Shown here in pieces: positions 15,547 to 27,568 of a stretch of DNA of 64,000 nucleotides. The position numbers and the translations under genes are program-made. The notes beneath the pieces are model-generated. The model searched no databases and was not told where the DNA came from. It saw nothing but the letters and a program-made list of their open reading frames with translations. The stretch's first letter is position 1. Every line of letters begins with the position of its first letter. This stretch comes from Bigelowiella natans CCMP2755 (Eukaryota; Protista; Cercozoa), in assembly GCA_000320545.1 (NCBI GenBank), contig ADNK01003348.1, positions 33,511 to 97,510 on the forward strand, read 5' to 3'.

Positions 15547-16490
15547 GCCCCCCCTCCTCACCTTGTCATAGCCGTCGCCCTTATCATCGCTGCTCTGCAC
15601 AGACATGAAGACCTCCGGGGCCATATACGCCCTCGTCCCGGTGTAGGTGTGCATCATATCCTGCGCCGTGGAGGCGAAGCCAAAGTCAGCGAGTTTGAGC
15701 TGGAAGTTGGCGTCGAGGAGGAGGTTGTCCGGCTTCAGGTCTCTATGCACTATCCCTGCGTCATGGCACGCCCTCACCCCCGACATCAGCTGCGAGAAGT
15801 ACGTCCGAGCGACTTCGTGGGAAAATGACTGCGTGGGGGGAGAGGATCGTCAAATTTCGGCTTACTATGCTAAAATATTTGTCTTACGTTTAAAATTTCA
15901 ACTACAATTTTACGACAAGTGTTTTACGACAAGGAGCGAGGGTGGGGCATCTTTGTGCAGACTTATCCGCTATCAGCAAACGCAACCACACATTACTACG
16001 ACTTACCCCAGTGTAAAGCAGATAGTCCAAAAGTTCACCATTGGGCGCAAGCTCCAGGGCAATGTATGGTGCTGGCTCTCCGTCCTCAAGCTGCGCTTCC
16101 ATGTTGGATGCGATGAGCTTCAAGACGTGCGGGTGTTTTACCTTCTTCAGCGCTGTGATCTCGGATTTCTGCGTGTTATCAGGTTGTGTGTACGAGATGC
16201 GGGAACTCGGAACAACTTAAATAAATGCGTACTCGATATCTTATTGCGCCCTGTCCATCTCCCTCTTTCTCTCTCCCTCAACCCGTGCTCCACCTCGTTA
16301 TGTGTGAGATTACCAGCGCACGTTGCAGTCTCTGGCTTTGCTTTATGCGGCTTTTATTCAGAATCTTGAGGGCTACCAGCTCCCCTGAGGAAGAATGAGT
16401 ACCGAGGACGACCTTAGAGGTCAGACCTCGACCCAGTGTCATTCCAAGGATGTAGTCGTCCAGCCGCTCCTCCTTCTTTGAAGTGGCCAT
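13241..16490 (-). CDS. Ser/Thr protein kinase (CAMK group, AMPK/MARK-like) with possible C-terminal KA1-like domain; multi-exon
   Basis: TLGRGLTSKV, VALKIL, LELAPNGELLDY, HRDLKPDNLLL, LADFGFA, GTRAYMAPE and DIWSCGVILF (~15330-15390). The last exon ends …VALVRRLRGPWTEFRKVFLHL. Confidence 0.9.
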
Positions 16491-17288
16491 TGTTCCCCAC
16501 TCCAGCCTTCTGCCAAATCTCTACCGAGCTGCTTTCTTTCCTGTACTCAAATCTTCTCCTTCCCGGCTTCTTCAAATCGAGAACTATCTATTTATCTCTG
16601 TGGATGCAGTGTTTTCCCCTCACCGGGTGCGAGAAGAAGTCAGGTGGGCGGAGGGTCGGAGCACTTCCGATGGGAATTCTGCCGAGGACCGTTCCTGATT
16701 AAGTGATTTAGTCGTAAATGTGTTGTCGCTATGTCAAAAACCCCTCGATGTTCCAAGTTTTCTTCTTCGTCTAATTCGTTCCTCTCGCCTGCAGTAGTAA
16801 GTCGTAGTTGCACCGGTGTTTCCCCCAACAAGAACAACAACAAAAACAACAAAAACAACAATGAAATAACCGAAAGAAGCTTCGGCAGGTCGGCGCTTTT
16901 CTCCAGGAGATACACCCTACAGTTGTGTTCCGAACAAAGAAGAGGACCCATTTCTTTTGTTGGGAGCCGGGCGAAGGCATGAAGAGGAATGCGACATGAT
17001 TTAATACAATGTCGCTCATTTATAACCGCATGCAAACGTGGACTCGGCTCTCTATTATTGGCAGGACAACATTTGAACTGAGAACAGCATAAAGGAGAAA
17101 AAGAAACAAAGGGACGACGAGGCTGCCCACAGGTAGCCGTTCTGTTGGTTGCCCCCTCCCTTCCACCCCCCGCCTACTGAAGGGAAGAGGGTAGTAGGAT
17201 TGTTTTGCCATTCGTTGAGAATAAATCGTGAACAGTGTTGATGGGAGTTTTTTCCGTTCCCCGTTCCCAACGGAATTTAGGAAAAAAA

Positions 17289-18483
17289 ATGTTGTTAAGA
17301 AGATCGCTTTTCCGGGGGCCTTTGCCATTGCTGAAGCGGGCCCGAGTCCTGTCAAAATCCTTCTCTTCGGCTCTCCCAGCCACGGAAGGAAAGAAAAAGT
17401 CGAAGGGAACCGACACTACAGTCGCTGGAACCGGATTTAGAAGGTATTTGTGTGCTGATCTACGTGTTGTTCTCATCGATATAATACCCGTTTGCCTGTG
17501 CTAGCTCGGCGGCGAAGGAGGTGAACTTGGAGCCCGTGGACGTTGCCTTCGATGAAATTGCAAGTGCCTATCATCGTATCCGTGGGGATATTCTCCGGTA
17601 TGGGGCGGGGGGCTTGCGATTTCGGGGATCGGTGATGAAGTCGACAATGTGATAATAATGGTGACTATGATAATCAGTACTACCTGTGATCGGTCCCACC
17701 ATCTGAGTAAAGCACTCGGAATGGATCTCTACGTAAAGCGTGAGTATCAACACGAAAGTGGCTCCTTTAAGGTACCAATTCGGAAATGGGAGGGGGGGAT
17801 AAGAGAAAGAAGCATCGGTATTTGAGTCTCATATGCGAGCCTGTCCTTCACCTCTATGTCCCCCCCTCTCCTACTGGCTTTTCGTCGCTTTCTTGTAGCA
17901 ATTGGGTTTTCGTCTACTCTAAATCCTGAGAAGCATTCAAGTTTGACATGTGAATGCTCTATGTGAAGGAGCGCGGAGCGTGCAACGCCTTGCATCGTCT
18001 TTCGGATGAGCAGAAAAAGAGAGGGGTGATAGCCGCCAGTGCAGGCAACCATGCACTGGCTCTCGCGCGCCATGGGAAGAGGATGGGCATCCCTGTCACT
18101 GTCGTCATGCCGACGGTTCGCATCTTAATTATGATAATAATTATTATTATTATTATTATTATTATTACTCTCCTTCTTTTGGGAAATTCGATCGAAGCTA
18201 CAAGTACTCGCACCTACGGGGTATGGGGCAGGGGCCGACACTTATACGTCCGAATTCGCTTTCATCGATGTTAACGGATGTGCGTGGTTGTCGTGTCGGC
18301 ACACACATACACACACGCGCGCGCGAGGACACCCACGCATCCAGCGAAACATCCGCATATATTTAACGTGTACAAATAAATCCATTTTACTTGTAATAGG
18401 TGGCTCCAATGACAAAGGTGATGAATTGTCGTGAGTACGGTGCGAAGGTGATGTGATTACACATTAAAATACAAAAACACACG

Positions 18484-18517
<34 letters not shown>

Positions 18518-19846
18518 CAAAGTATAAATGCAATCCTCCTTTTGCCGCACCGCAGGTGGTGATCGCAGGCAAGCACATCGTCGAGGCCAAAGGGCACGCG
18601 GAGCAGCTTGTGGATAAGGAGGGGCTAACGTACATCAACGGTACGCAAAAACATCAGTCTTCGACTAAGCGTGTGTGTGTGTGCGTTGTGTGTGCCTGTG
18701 TGTGTAGCCGTAACCAGTTATCAAACCCTTCGATGGAGATTTGACTGGTTGGTTTTCATCTTGCGAAGGCTACGATCATCCTGACATCATCGCGGGTGCG
18801 GGTACCGTAGGCTGGGAAGCTCTTGAGCAGGTCTCCCCCCCCCCCCCCCCCCCCCTAAGTATGTCATTGTGCGGCAGTGGAGATTGGCGAGTTTGTTATC
18901 GTTTTGTAACAACACGAACTATCCCTCGAAAAGGTCCCCGACATGGACGCCATAGTTGTACCAGTGGGGGGGGCAGGGCTTATAGCAGGTAGTAGCAGCA
19001 GCAGTAGCGAATGGCGAGGATGATGAAGCTGCCGCCATGTGCCACCCCGCTTTCAGTGACTTTTCCTCATAATTCATAAATACTCGCGTACATTATCGAG
19101 TGTGGGGGGAAGGGGTTCTTTAAGGACTAGGAATCATCATCATCATCATCATTAACCATCACCACTGTGCTCATCTGATATCCCGTGAAGGCATCGCCGT
19201 CGTGATGAAGACCTTGAAGCCAGACGTGCAAGTAATCGGCGTCGAGCCGAAACTCTGCGCATCCTACACAGCGGCGATCGAGGCTGGCGAGGTACGTGCG
19301 ACCGTGACGCTTGCTGCGAAGTAGAGAAGGAAGAAGAAGAAGAAGACGGTTTGATGAAGATGAAGAAGGGCAATTGTGCTCAAGATGGGGATAGATGCTG
19401 GGAGGGGGATAGGAGGAAAGGGATTGATGCATAATTAGTTTTTAATTGAGGATTGGACATACTAGCTATCATATAAATGGAGAAGGGGGAGGAGGGGGAG
19501 GGTGGAGGTGCGTGCTTGTTTTTCTCCGTATAAGTCAACGATTAAGCGATTGTTATACTGGCCCCTCCCCCCCCCCCCCCTCCTTTAGGTGGTGGATGGC
19601 GTTACTGGTGCGACCCTCGCTGATGGTTTGGCAGTTCCCCGCGTTGGTGATAATGCATTCAAAACTGCACGACACAGAGTGGACAAGGTGCTAGTATTAG
19701 CAGTAGTTGCGGCTGTAGCGTTAATAGTAGTTGTAGTAGTAGTAGTAGTAGGAGGAGGAGGATGAGGAGGAGGAATCGTCATCCTTTTTGCAATAGTCGG
19801 GTTCTCAGCCACGCAGCGTTACAGAAACGAGAAAGATACTAGCCAA

Positions 19847-19877
<31 letters not shown>

Positions 19878-20426
19878 CTTCTTCTTCCGTCTTCTTCTTC
19901 TTTGTCTTCTTCCATTTTTCATCTCTGGTGGCAATTGCTATGTGTGCCCCCGCTCAGATGATATGCGTCGACGAAGGCAGCATCGCCCTCGCAGTGCTAC
20001 GGCTCTGTGAGGTCGAAAAGTGCGTCGTGGAGGGGGGGGGGGCAACAGGTAACACTGCGAGATGCACGAAGCTTGCTTTGAATTGCTATAACAGCAATGA
20101 CATCGTCACTGCTGCCGCCATTTTTCCTTCCTCTCCCCACATTGCCATCGCTAAGGCATTCACCACATGACAACCGACAGGGCTAGCAGCGCTGCTCGAG
20201 AACGAGTGCCCTGAGTTGAAAGGCAAGAAGGTACGGCCTCATCGCATGATGTAAAGGAGTCGTCACAGATATCCATCCATCACAGATATCCATCTAGTGG
20301 TTGCTTCTAATAAAAGGGGAGAATCATGCGTGAAATCAACAGTGTGGGATGATGATAAACATAACAACTAATTTTGGTATCTTGCTTTGGTCGCTGTCGT
20401 CGCACCCTCTCTCTTTCTCTTTCTCT

Positions 20427-20474
<48 letters not shown>

Positions 20475-21039
20475 AATCGGTATTTGTTAGGTCGTGCTGC
20501 CTCTATGCGGGGGGAACATCGACATCACGGTCAAAACAGCAGCCGATTCACAAACCGAATCGAGATCGCAACATATAGGATGGATATACATCGCTGTTGT
20601 TGTTGTTGTTGTTGTTATTTGTTATTATTGTTTTCATTGTTATGGCGATGATGTGGGTGCTCCGGGAAGTGCTGGTGGTGATTCGCAGTGAGCGCATAAA
20701 CCCCTCTTTGCTGCCAACGCAACTAACAGCATCACTGTTGGGCAGGTCCTTGGCCGCGTGATCGAGCGAGGTCTAGCTGCTGACGGACGGCTCATTCGTT
20801 TCGTGTCTACTGTTAGCGACCGGCCAGGAGGTCATTTGATAAACAGAAGAATAATATTTTTAAATAGCAATGACGATGGTGGTGATGATAATAGCCAAGA
20901 AGCTACAAAAAACATCTATAACCGCGCTTCTCGAGATCCATAACACGATTCATGTTGTTGTCGCTGCCATCGAAGCATACGTCTGTAGCTGATTCACTGA
21001 GGACGATGTTCACGTCCCTCCCCCCCCGCTTTTCTGAAT

Positions 21040-21099
<60 letters not shown>

Positions 21100-21625
21100 T
21101 ATATGTACTAATATATGCATGAATAACTAGGCATCAATGGCGTGACGAAGATCCTCTCCGAGCAGGGCGCTTCTATCAAAGAAATCTTCCACGAGCGCGC
21201 GTGGCTGCAGTCCAATGTGTACAACGTGCAGATTAAGTGCGTGATCGAGGTCACAGACCGAGAGCATGGGATCAGGGTATTAGCGCACGCTCCGCCAATT
21301 GCTCGTGGTGTTTAAAGCATCGGCTGCTAGATGATGATGATGATATGATGATGATGATGATGGTAGTGGCGGTGTTGCTGGCGATGATAACGATTGTAAC
21401 AGCGATGACGACGACGAGATCATAGATCATAACACAGCGATGCGGTACCGTATTAGACTGATGTTTTTCCTCCGAAAACGTCCCGAAAACATCTAGGTCC
21501 ACCAAGAGCTGATAAATCAAGGCTACCCAACCCTAATGATGAACGAAAGCGAGGCGGGGAGCGAGTTCTCAGCACAAAGCCAGCAGAAACTAGGGCAAAT
21601 CCGGCCACAGGGGTTACGGATATAA
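17289..21625 (+). CDS. Threonine ammonia-lyase (threonine dehydratase, PLP-dependent) with C-terminal ACT domain; ~18 exons; likely mitochondrial presequence
   Basis: Spliced motifs ESGSFK|ERGA, ASAGNHALA, DHPDIIAGAGTVG, VPVGGAGLIAG, LADGLAVP, CGGNID and DRPGG…IFHERAW; TAA at 21623-21625. N-terminus MLLRRSLFRGPLPLLKRARVLSKSFSS. Confidence 0.95.
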
Positions 21626-22525
21626 AGCAATAAATGCTTCACATGCATTGCGCGTGCTATGTACTGAAGGAAATCATGCAGTATTATATATTAGTATATC
21701 GCATGCACGAGAATGTAGCAAGCAGATGCAGTGACGAGGCGAGTGCAGTTTTCGTGGTGAGTAACTCATGTGCATTTGTTTTTCTACCATGTTCTAACGC
21801 TTGGCGATTAAAATTTCAATTATTCCATGTGTAAGTGCTAAATTACTCTTATTTCGTCATACGCACATGGAGCCATCTAGCCATACTAGCATAATGAGCG
21901 TCATAATGCGGTGATGAAGTAGCGCATTCTATGCTGGCAATGCTAGAATGCTAGAATGTGCGGCTCAAGCATTACAAGCTGAACCACATCTGCGATGCAT
22001 CTATGCTACATGCTAGCATATAAGCATGTGTACACGTACTAGCGTAGGTGCGCACATGCTGAACAACAATGGGTACAGCTATGCATGTTATAATCGATCT
22101 ACACTAATACTTGTGTACAGTGTGCATACCAACATGTGTGCGTATATGTGTTTATGTAATAATAATAGCATGTTTTAATAAAGGGCTATTTTAGGATGAC
22201 CATGATTTTAATAAAAGATGCAATCATTCACATTTAGGGCGTTCCGACGACATTAGGATCTAGCGATATTTGTGCACTGGCAGCTAGAGTCGCATGAAAT
22301 TGTGGACAGAGGCATGACGATGCGCCCAAATCTAGAAATACCCAGCTGTAGAGCTGGGACAAAGCAAGGCTTGAAGGGCTATGCTAGGTAAGTATATGTA
22401 AACACCATATGCGAAGCTAGGTGTGTGCGTTCGATACATGCATCCACTGCTGCGCGCCACTCCAACATTATCATTCCCGCAAATTTGCGGTGCAACGTCT
22501 GGACGCGCGTCGATGGGATGGGCTA

Positions 22526-22665
22526 TTAAGTTAACAATACTAATAACCGAAATGTAAATAGAAGTAACAAAGAATGAATACGATCTAGAATTGCTGATGA
22601 AGTATGATCTTTCTCATCAACTCCAATACCGATATGGTAATATCCTAAATTTGTACGCTGGTAGC

Positions 22666-22700
<35 letters not shown>

Positions 22701-23693
22701 ACTTTTTCTGTCACGGTTGATGCTAGGACAGACAACACAGACCTCGAAGAACCATCAGAATATGGTGATGGCGATCTAAAATATAGAATAGAAGCAGGGA
22801 GAGGGCGGGAGGGAGAAGTTTTCCTAATCTCGCACCACCCCAACTACATCTGCGAACTTCGGTCCGCTCGGCGCATTACTAGTCTTCATGTTTGCCTCGT
22901 TAATATAATACTGATCCCCGCGATGACGTCCAGAAAGGGGAGGGGACTGCAGGATATCCACGACGTGTTCTCCTAGAAGTCTCACCGGGTAAAATAGCGC
23001 CTTTCTTCCTTTGGGGCTGGCCCCTTCCGAGTGCGCAAACCTCTTCGCCAGGATGACCGCGGTCTCCCGGAAGGTGTACAGACCGACAATGAAGGTGCTC
23101 ACCATCGCTAGGAACGCGACGTAGGCATCCGCGTATGATCCGAGAGAATTGTTCCAGATGCGAAAAGCGCTCGTCGCGCTCGCGCCGGCGAGGAAGGAGC
23201 ACAGGCTCAGCTCGGGGTTGAAACCGTACCCCACCCCCAAGGCCGAGGCTGCGGCGTGCACCACGGACCCGAAAGCGGAAACTAGAAGGGCGCCGACCCA
23301 CAACAGCATCCAATGAAAGCTGAGAGGGTAGATCATGAGGAATACGAACGCAATCAAAGCTGGAGAGTAGGAAATGCCTGAGGCGACCACGATGCCGTGC
23401 GAACCGCCTACCTTGCAGCTCACATAGTCCCCTCGAAGAACCAAAGCCTTCAGGACTGTTCTCATGTGTGCCACACGGGTGGATAGATTCGGGAGGCTGC
23501 GCTGCATCTTTTCTTGCTTCGCGTGTGAGAGGAACAGCTCTGAGGCGACTTTGTTGTTGTTGTGATTGTTACTGTGGCGCTTCAAGCTGTCTATGCTGGT
23601 ATCAACGTTACTGTAGTCGTGAATTCCAGAGGATAAGGAGGGGGATGCGGAGGAGGAAGAGGAGGTGCAATGCACGCCTTCAGTGGTTTTCAT
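22526..23693 (-). CDS. Hypothetical multi-pass membrane protein (3' exons uncertain)
   Basis: GC-rich ORF from ATG 23693 with ~4 hydrophobic segments and a probable donor at 22985; no family recognised. Confidence 0.5.
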
Positions 23694-23864
23694 CGCGCCA
23701 CATCGAGTGGCGATTTGAGGTGGTGGGAGGAGGGGGAAAGAGTGGATATGTAATCTGTAAGAACGAGATGCTTTTTCACCCTGCGACAACGTGAACAGAA
23801 AATAGTTTTTTGGTTGTTTTGCAGGACAATTCTGCATGGGATTTCGTGTTTTGTTTTGTCGTAA

Positions 23865-24975
23865 CTGTTGGATGTGGCCTTGCTGCCGGAAACAAATTCA
23901 TTCTTCAAGAATCGACATGACACGCCCCTCTAGCCTTGTCCACCTGCTTGAAAGCTTGTCAGCAGTGCTTGCAGCACACCTTGTTGGTGTGCCGAATGGC
24001 ATGAACACGAACTAGACGAATCTTGAATCTTGAATCTTAAATCTTGAATGACACTGCAAGTGTCTTGCAACACTTTGGAAGTGTGGTTTTGCTTCATCAT
24101 TGTTCATTGTTCATTGTTCATTGAATGAAGTCCCTCATTCCAACATTGCTAGGTCGAATGGTGCACGTTGTCCAGTTGTCTCTGCGCGTGCACGCGTGGA
24201 ACAACGCGGTGAGTGGGCAGATGAGCCACTTTTGCAGTTCGAGAGTTGCTGATTGATCTGGCACAACCATGATGAAGTGATCATCAATCAGTGGTTGTTC
24301 AGTGGAAATCATCGGAGAAGCTTGTTTTCGGAGAATTGAGTCGCAGCAGGGCACTTGAAGGCTCAGTTTTGGAGTTGTTGCCACGCTTTCAGCTGGATTC
24401 CTGACACCACCATCTTGTTGGAGTCCAATCACACCTGTGAAATTGCTTCCTTCGTTCACTCATCCAAATCAACTAGCCAATGATGATCACACATGTGGGT
24501 TGCATGCACATGCATCTCGCCTCACAAATCTCTGGACTTGACGACGTGCAAAAGTGAAGTGATCTTTTGTCTTGCCCAGTTGTGTGTGCTTGATCGAAAC
24601 GTCATTGCATGAGCCTGGTCTCCCCCTAATCTTGCTAGCTTGCACCGATTGCACACAATGCATCGCTAGATCGCATCTAGACATCGTGTGTATATGTGCG
24701 CACACGCTGCATCTGCTAGCTAGCTAGGCCCGAGCAGCATGATGTGATTTGTCTTGATTGTGCGTTTCATCATCCGCTGAGCCAAACTGAAGAACGTGCA
24801 CGTAGTCTTGCTGACTTTCATCAGCGTCCCCACGCACGCATGCATCGCAATGAATTCGTGTGTGCGTAAAACATGCGTGATCACACTGCAGACACATGCA
24901 AGCAAGTGTCTAGATGCACCTGTCTGTGACTAGACTGCATGCATGCTTCTCGTTTCATCGTTGAAGACCGTGCAC
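23865..24975. other. TpA-depleted tract 1 (possible decayed repeat/TE remnant)
   Basis: Hand count for 24001-24960: 17 TpA, 11 of them in CTAG; none in 24152-24473. Contains heptamer runs (AATCTTG)n and (TTCATTG)n. Confidence 0.8.
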
Positions 24976-25691
24976 ATACATCATGTTTATGCCTAAAGAT
25001 TTAGATAAGTATAGAGATGCATCCATGTCTTCGTTTCACAGTAAATTATTTATCAATAATTAACACTGTCAAGAGCTGGTGTGATGACAATCAGCAGAAC
25101 TCCACTAAAGATAAGTTGCTCGGCGGTGCAGGGCATATCCTGAAATGCTGTTAAACATTATCAGAAAACAGCCTCACGCCGCGAAAAAGCTATGTTTCCC
25201 TTCTTCAACTTCACTATCTGCTCATTCCTCATATACCCAAAACAAACGTCATCAGCTTCCTCGTAGCATGGTAGTAAGAGTAGTTACAGTAATATTTTGC
25301 AGAATTCAAATTATTCTTAGCAATACACACTACACACGAACAACGCGGGAGAGCTAATTCAGATTTTTCCTTTCTCCCCTCCCAATGCAGCCACCTGCAA
25401 GCACCAAATCAAATATAGCATCGGGTGATCGACAGAAGTGAGACGCATCACCATTAAGGATGGGATTCGAAAACTTCCTTTTGACGGAATGCGCCATAGA
25501 ACAAGAGGGGGGAGAAGAACTTTATTCATATAACCGTTGTTGTATCGAATGTCCACTGCTCTTACTACTACTATACTACTACTCGCTATTAAGCCGATGG
25601 CAATTTGCATCTGTAGTAATCTAGACCAACAAATAATCGTGCTCACTACAACTGATACCGAAATCGATCGGCTTATCACTTGGGACGGGTC

Positions 25692-25804
25692 TTAGCCTCA
25701 GCAGCTTGTTTTTTCAGGGTCTTTCCCTGAAGCTTTTGTCACCTCCAATCCTACGACTTCCTCCGCACTCTGGTAGAAGAGGGAGGGGGTTTCGGTCGCG
25801 AGGA

Positions 25805-25844
<40 letters not shown>

Positions 25845-25927
25845 CAGTGTCATCAGATCAGCTGACAACAACGCAGACGAAATCACAATCAAGCCTGCAT
25901 GTGTATTAAAATACATGTTGAATTATA

Positions 25928-25967
<40 letters not shown>

Positions 25968-26055
25968 ACTGCTTTCCATGTTACCGTTGGGTGAATGCCC
26001 ACCGCAGACACTAGATCGCAATACCGCATTCCCATATTATACGCAACAGAGAAGC

Positions 26056-26094
<39 letters not shown>

Positions 26095-26706
26095 CGTGTT
26101 CTGAGTAATGCTCTCAGCCTCCAACTTCCATCGCTATTGTGCGGTACCCAGCGGGTAAACAACTGCAAGTCTACGCTTGCATCACGAGTGTAAATATAGA
26201 TATATCGAGCGGGATCTGATGAGGCAGCACCTTGCATGATCTCCCCCGCGTGCGGGCCAGTAATGTGAAGTCCCAGGACACGTTCTTCGTCATTCTTATC
26301 AACGATGCACTTGACATACCCCCGAGAAGAATGATCCTCAGCTCCAATTTCAGAGGACGATCCCCCCGCCGTTTCGAGCTAGACGTATTCATTCGTAAGG
26401 ATCAAAACCAGGATAGGACGAAGGGGGGGAGAGTGGCATGATTCCGATTCTCAGATCTTACCAGTGACCATTCGAGGGGCTTGAAGTAGCAATGATAAAC
26501 CTAGAGAGATTGTAATGATGATGATGATGATGATGATGATTGAGAGGCTGCTGGTGGCAATGATGATGGTGCAGTATTTCACGATTCATCAATAACGCTA
26601 GGATGCTAGTTAACGATGCGTGTATATCATATGTACATCGATGTTGTCTTCTCCTATCTCCGCTGCCGCCTCTTCCTCACTAAGATGTCATTAATACATT
26701 AAAAAG

Positions 26707-26754
<48 letters not shown>

Positions 26755-26817
26755 GCGTCGGTTAACGGAAAAAAAGCTCTTGCCGTTTGTGACTCAAAGT
26801 CGTCGTGTGAGATTTCA

Positions 26818-26855
<38 letters not shown>

Positions 26856-27537
26856 ACACACGCATCGTAAAGTATATGAGCTCTGCATCGTCTCCTCACC
26901 TCTTTCCTATGCAAGCATACTCAAGGGGCGTGAAGACGGTGGTTGCGATCTGAAGAAACTAGCATTAGCAGCAAGACTAGATCGGCTGAAAGACTAGCGA
27001 GTTGGAGTGAAGGAAGGAGAGGGAGCGGGGGGGGGGGAAGTACTTACCCCCTCGTAGTTACAAGGCCGGAGCAGTTGTGATTTTGATGATGATGATGATG
27101 ATATCGATGATGCATCTCCCATTTGATCCCCCCCTCCGCTAAACAATCGATGCACCAGAGACCGTCCTCCTTTAACAACAACATCAACAAAAACAACAAC
27201 AAGCGATAAGCTAGTAGAAATATGAAGGCTCTCACATCCATATTAGGAAGTAGTAGTAGTAGTAGTAGTAGTAGTTGTATTAGCATTATTAGTGATATCT
27301 CTTTCTTTCTCTTTCTCTCTCTCTCCCTCCCTCCCCTCCCCCCCCCCTACTCCTTCCTCGAGTGAGCGACCAGCTATGGCAGCTGGGGTTAGCTCTGGGC
27401 GTCCCTCTGCAGCATCCCCCACAGCATAAATCCCCTCAACCGAAGAACGATCAAACTACAAACACCAGGCACCTCATATATTAACGGATATACATACGAA
27501 TCTTGATGTATTTGCCTACCACCATATCCACTTCATT

Positions 27538-27568
<31 letters not shown>

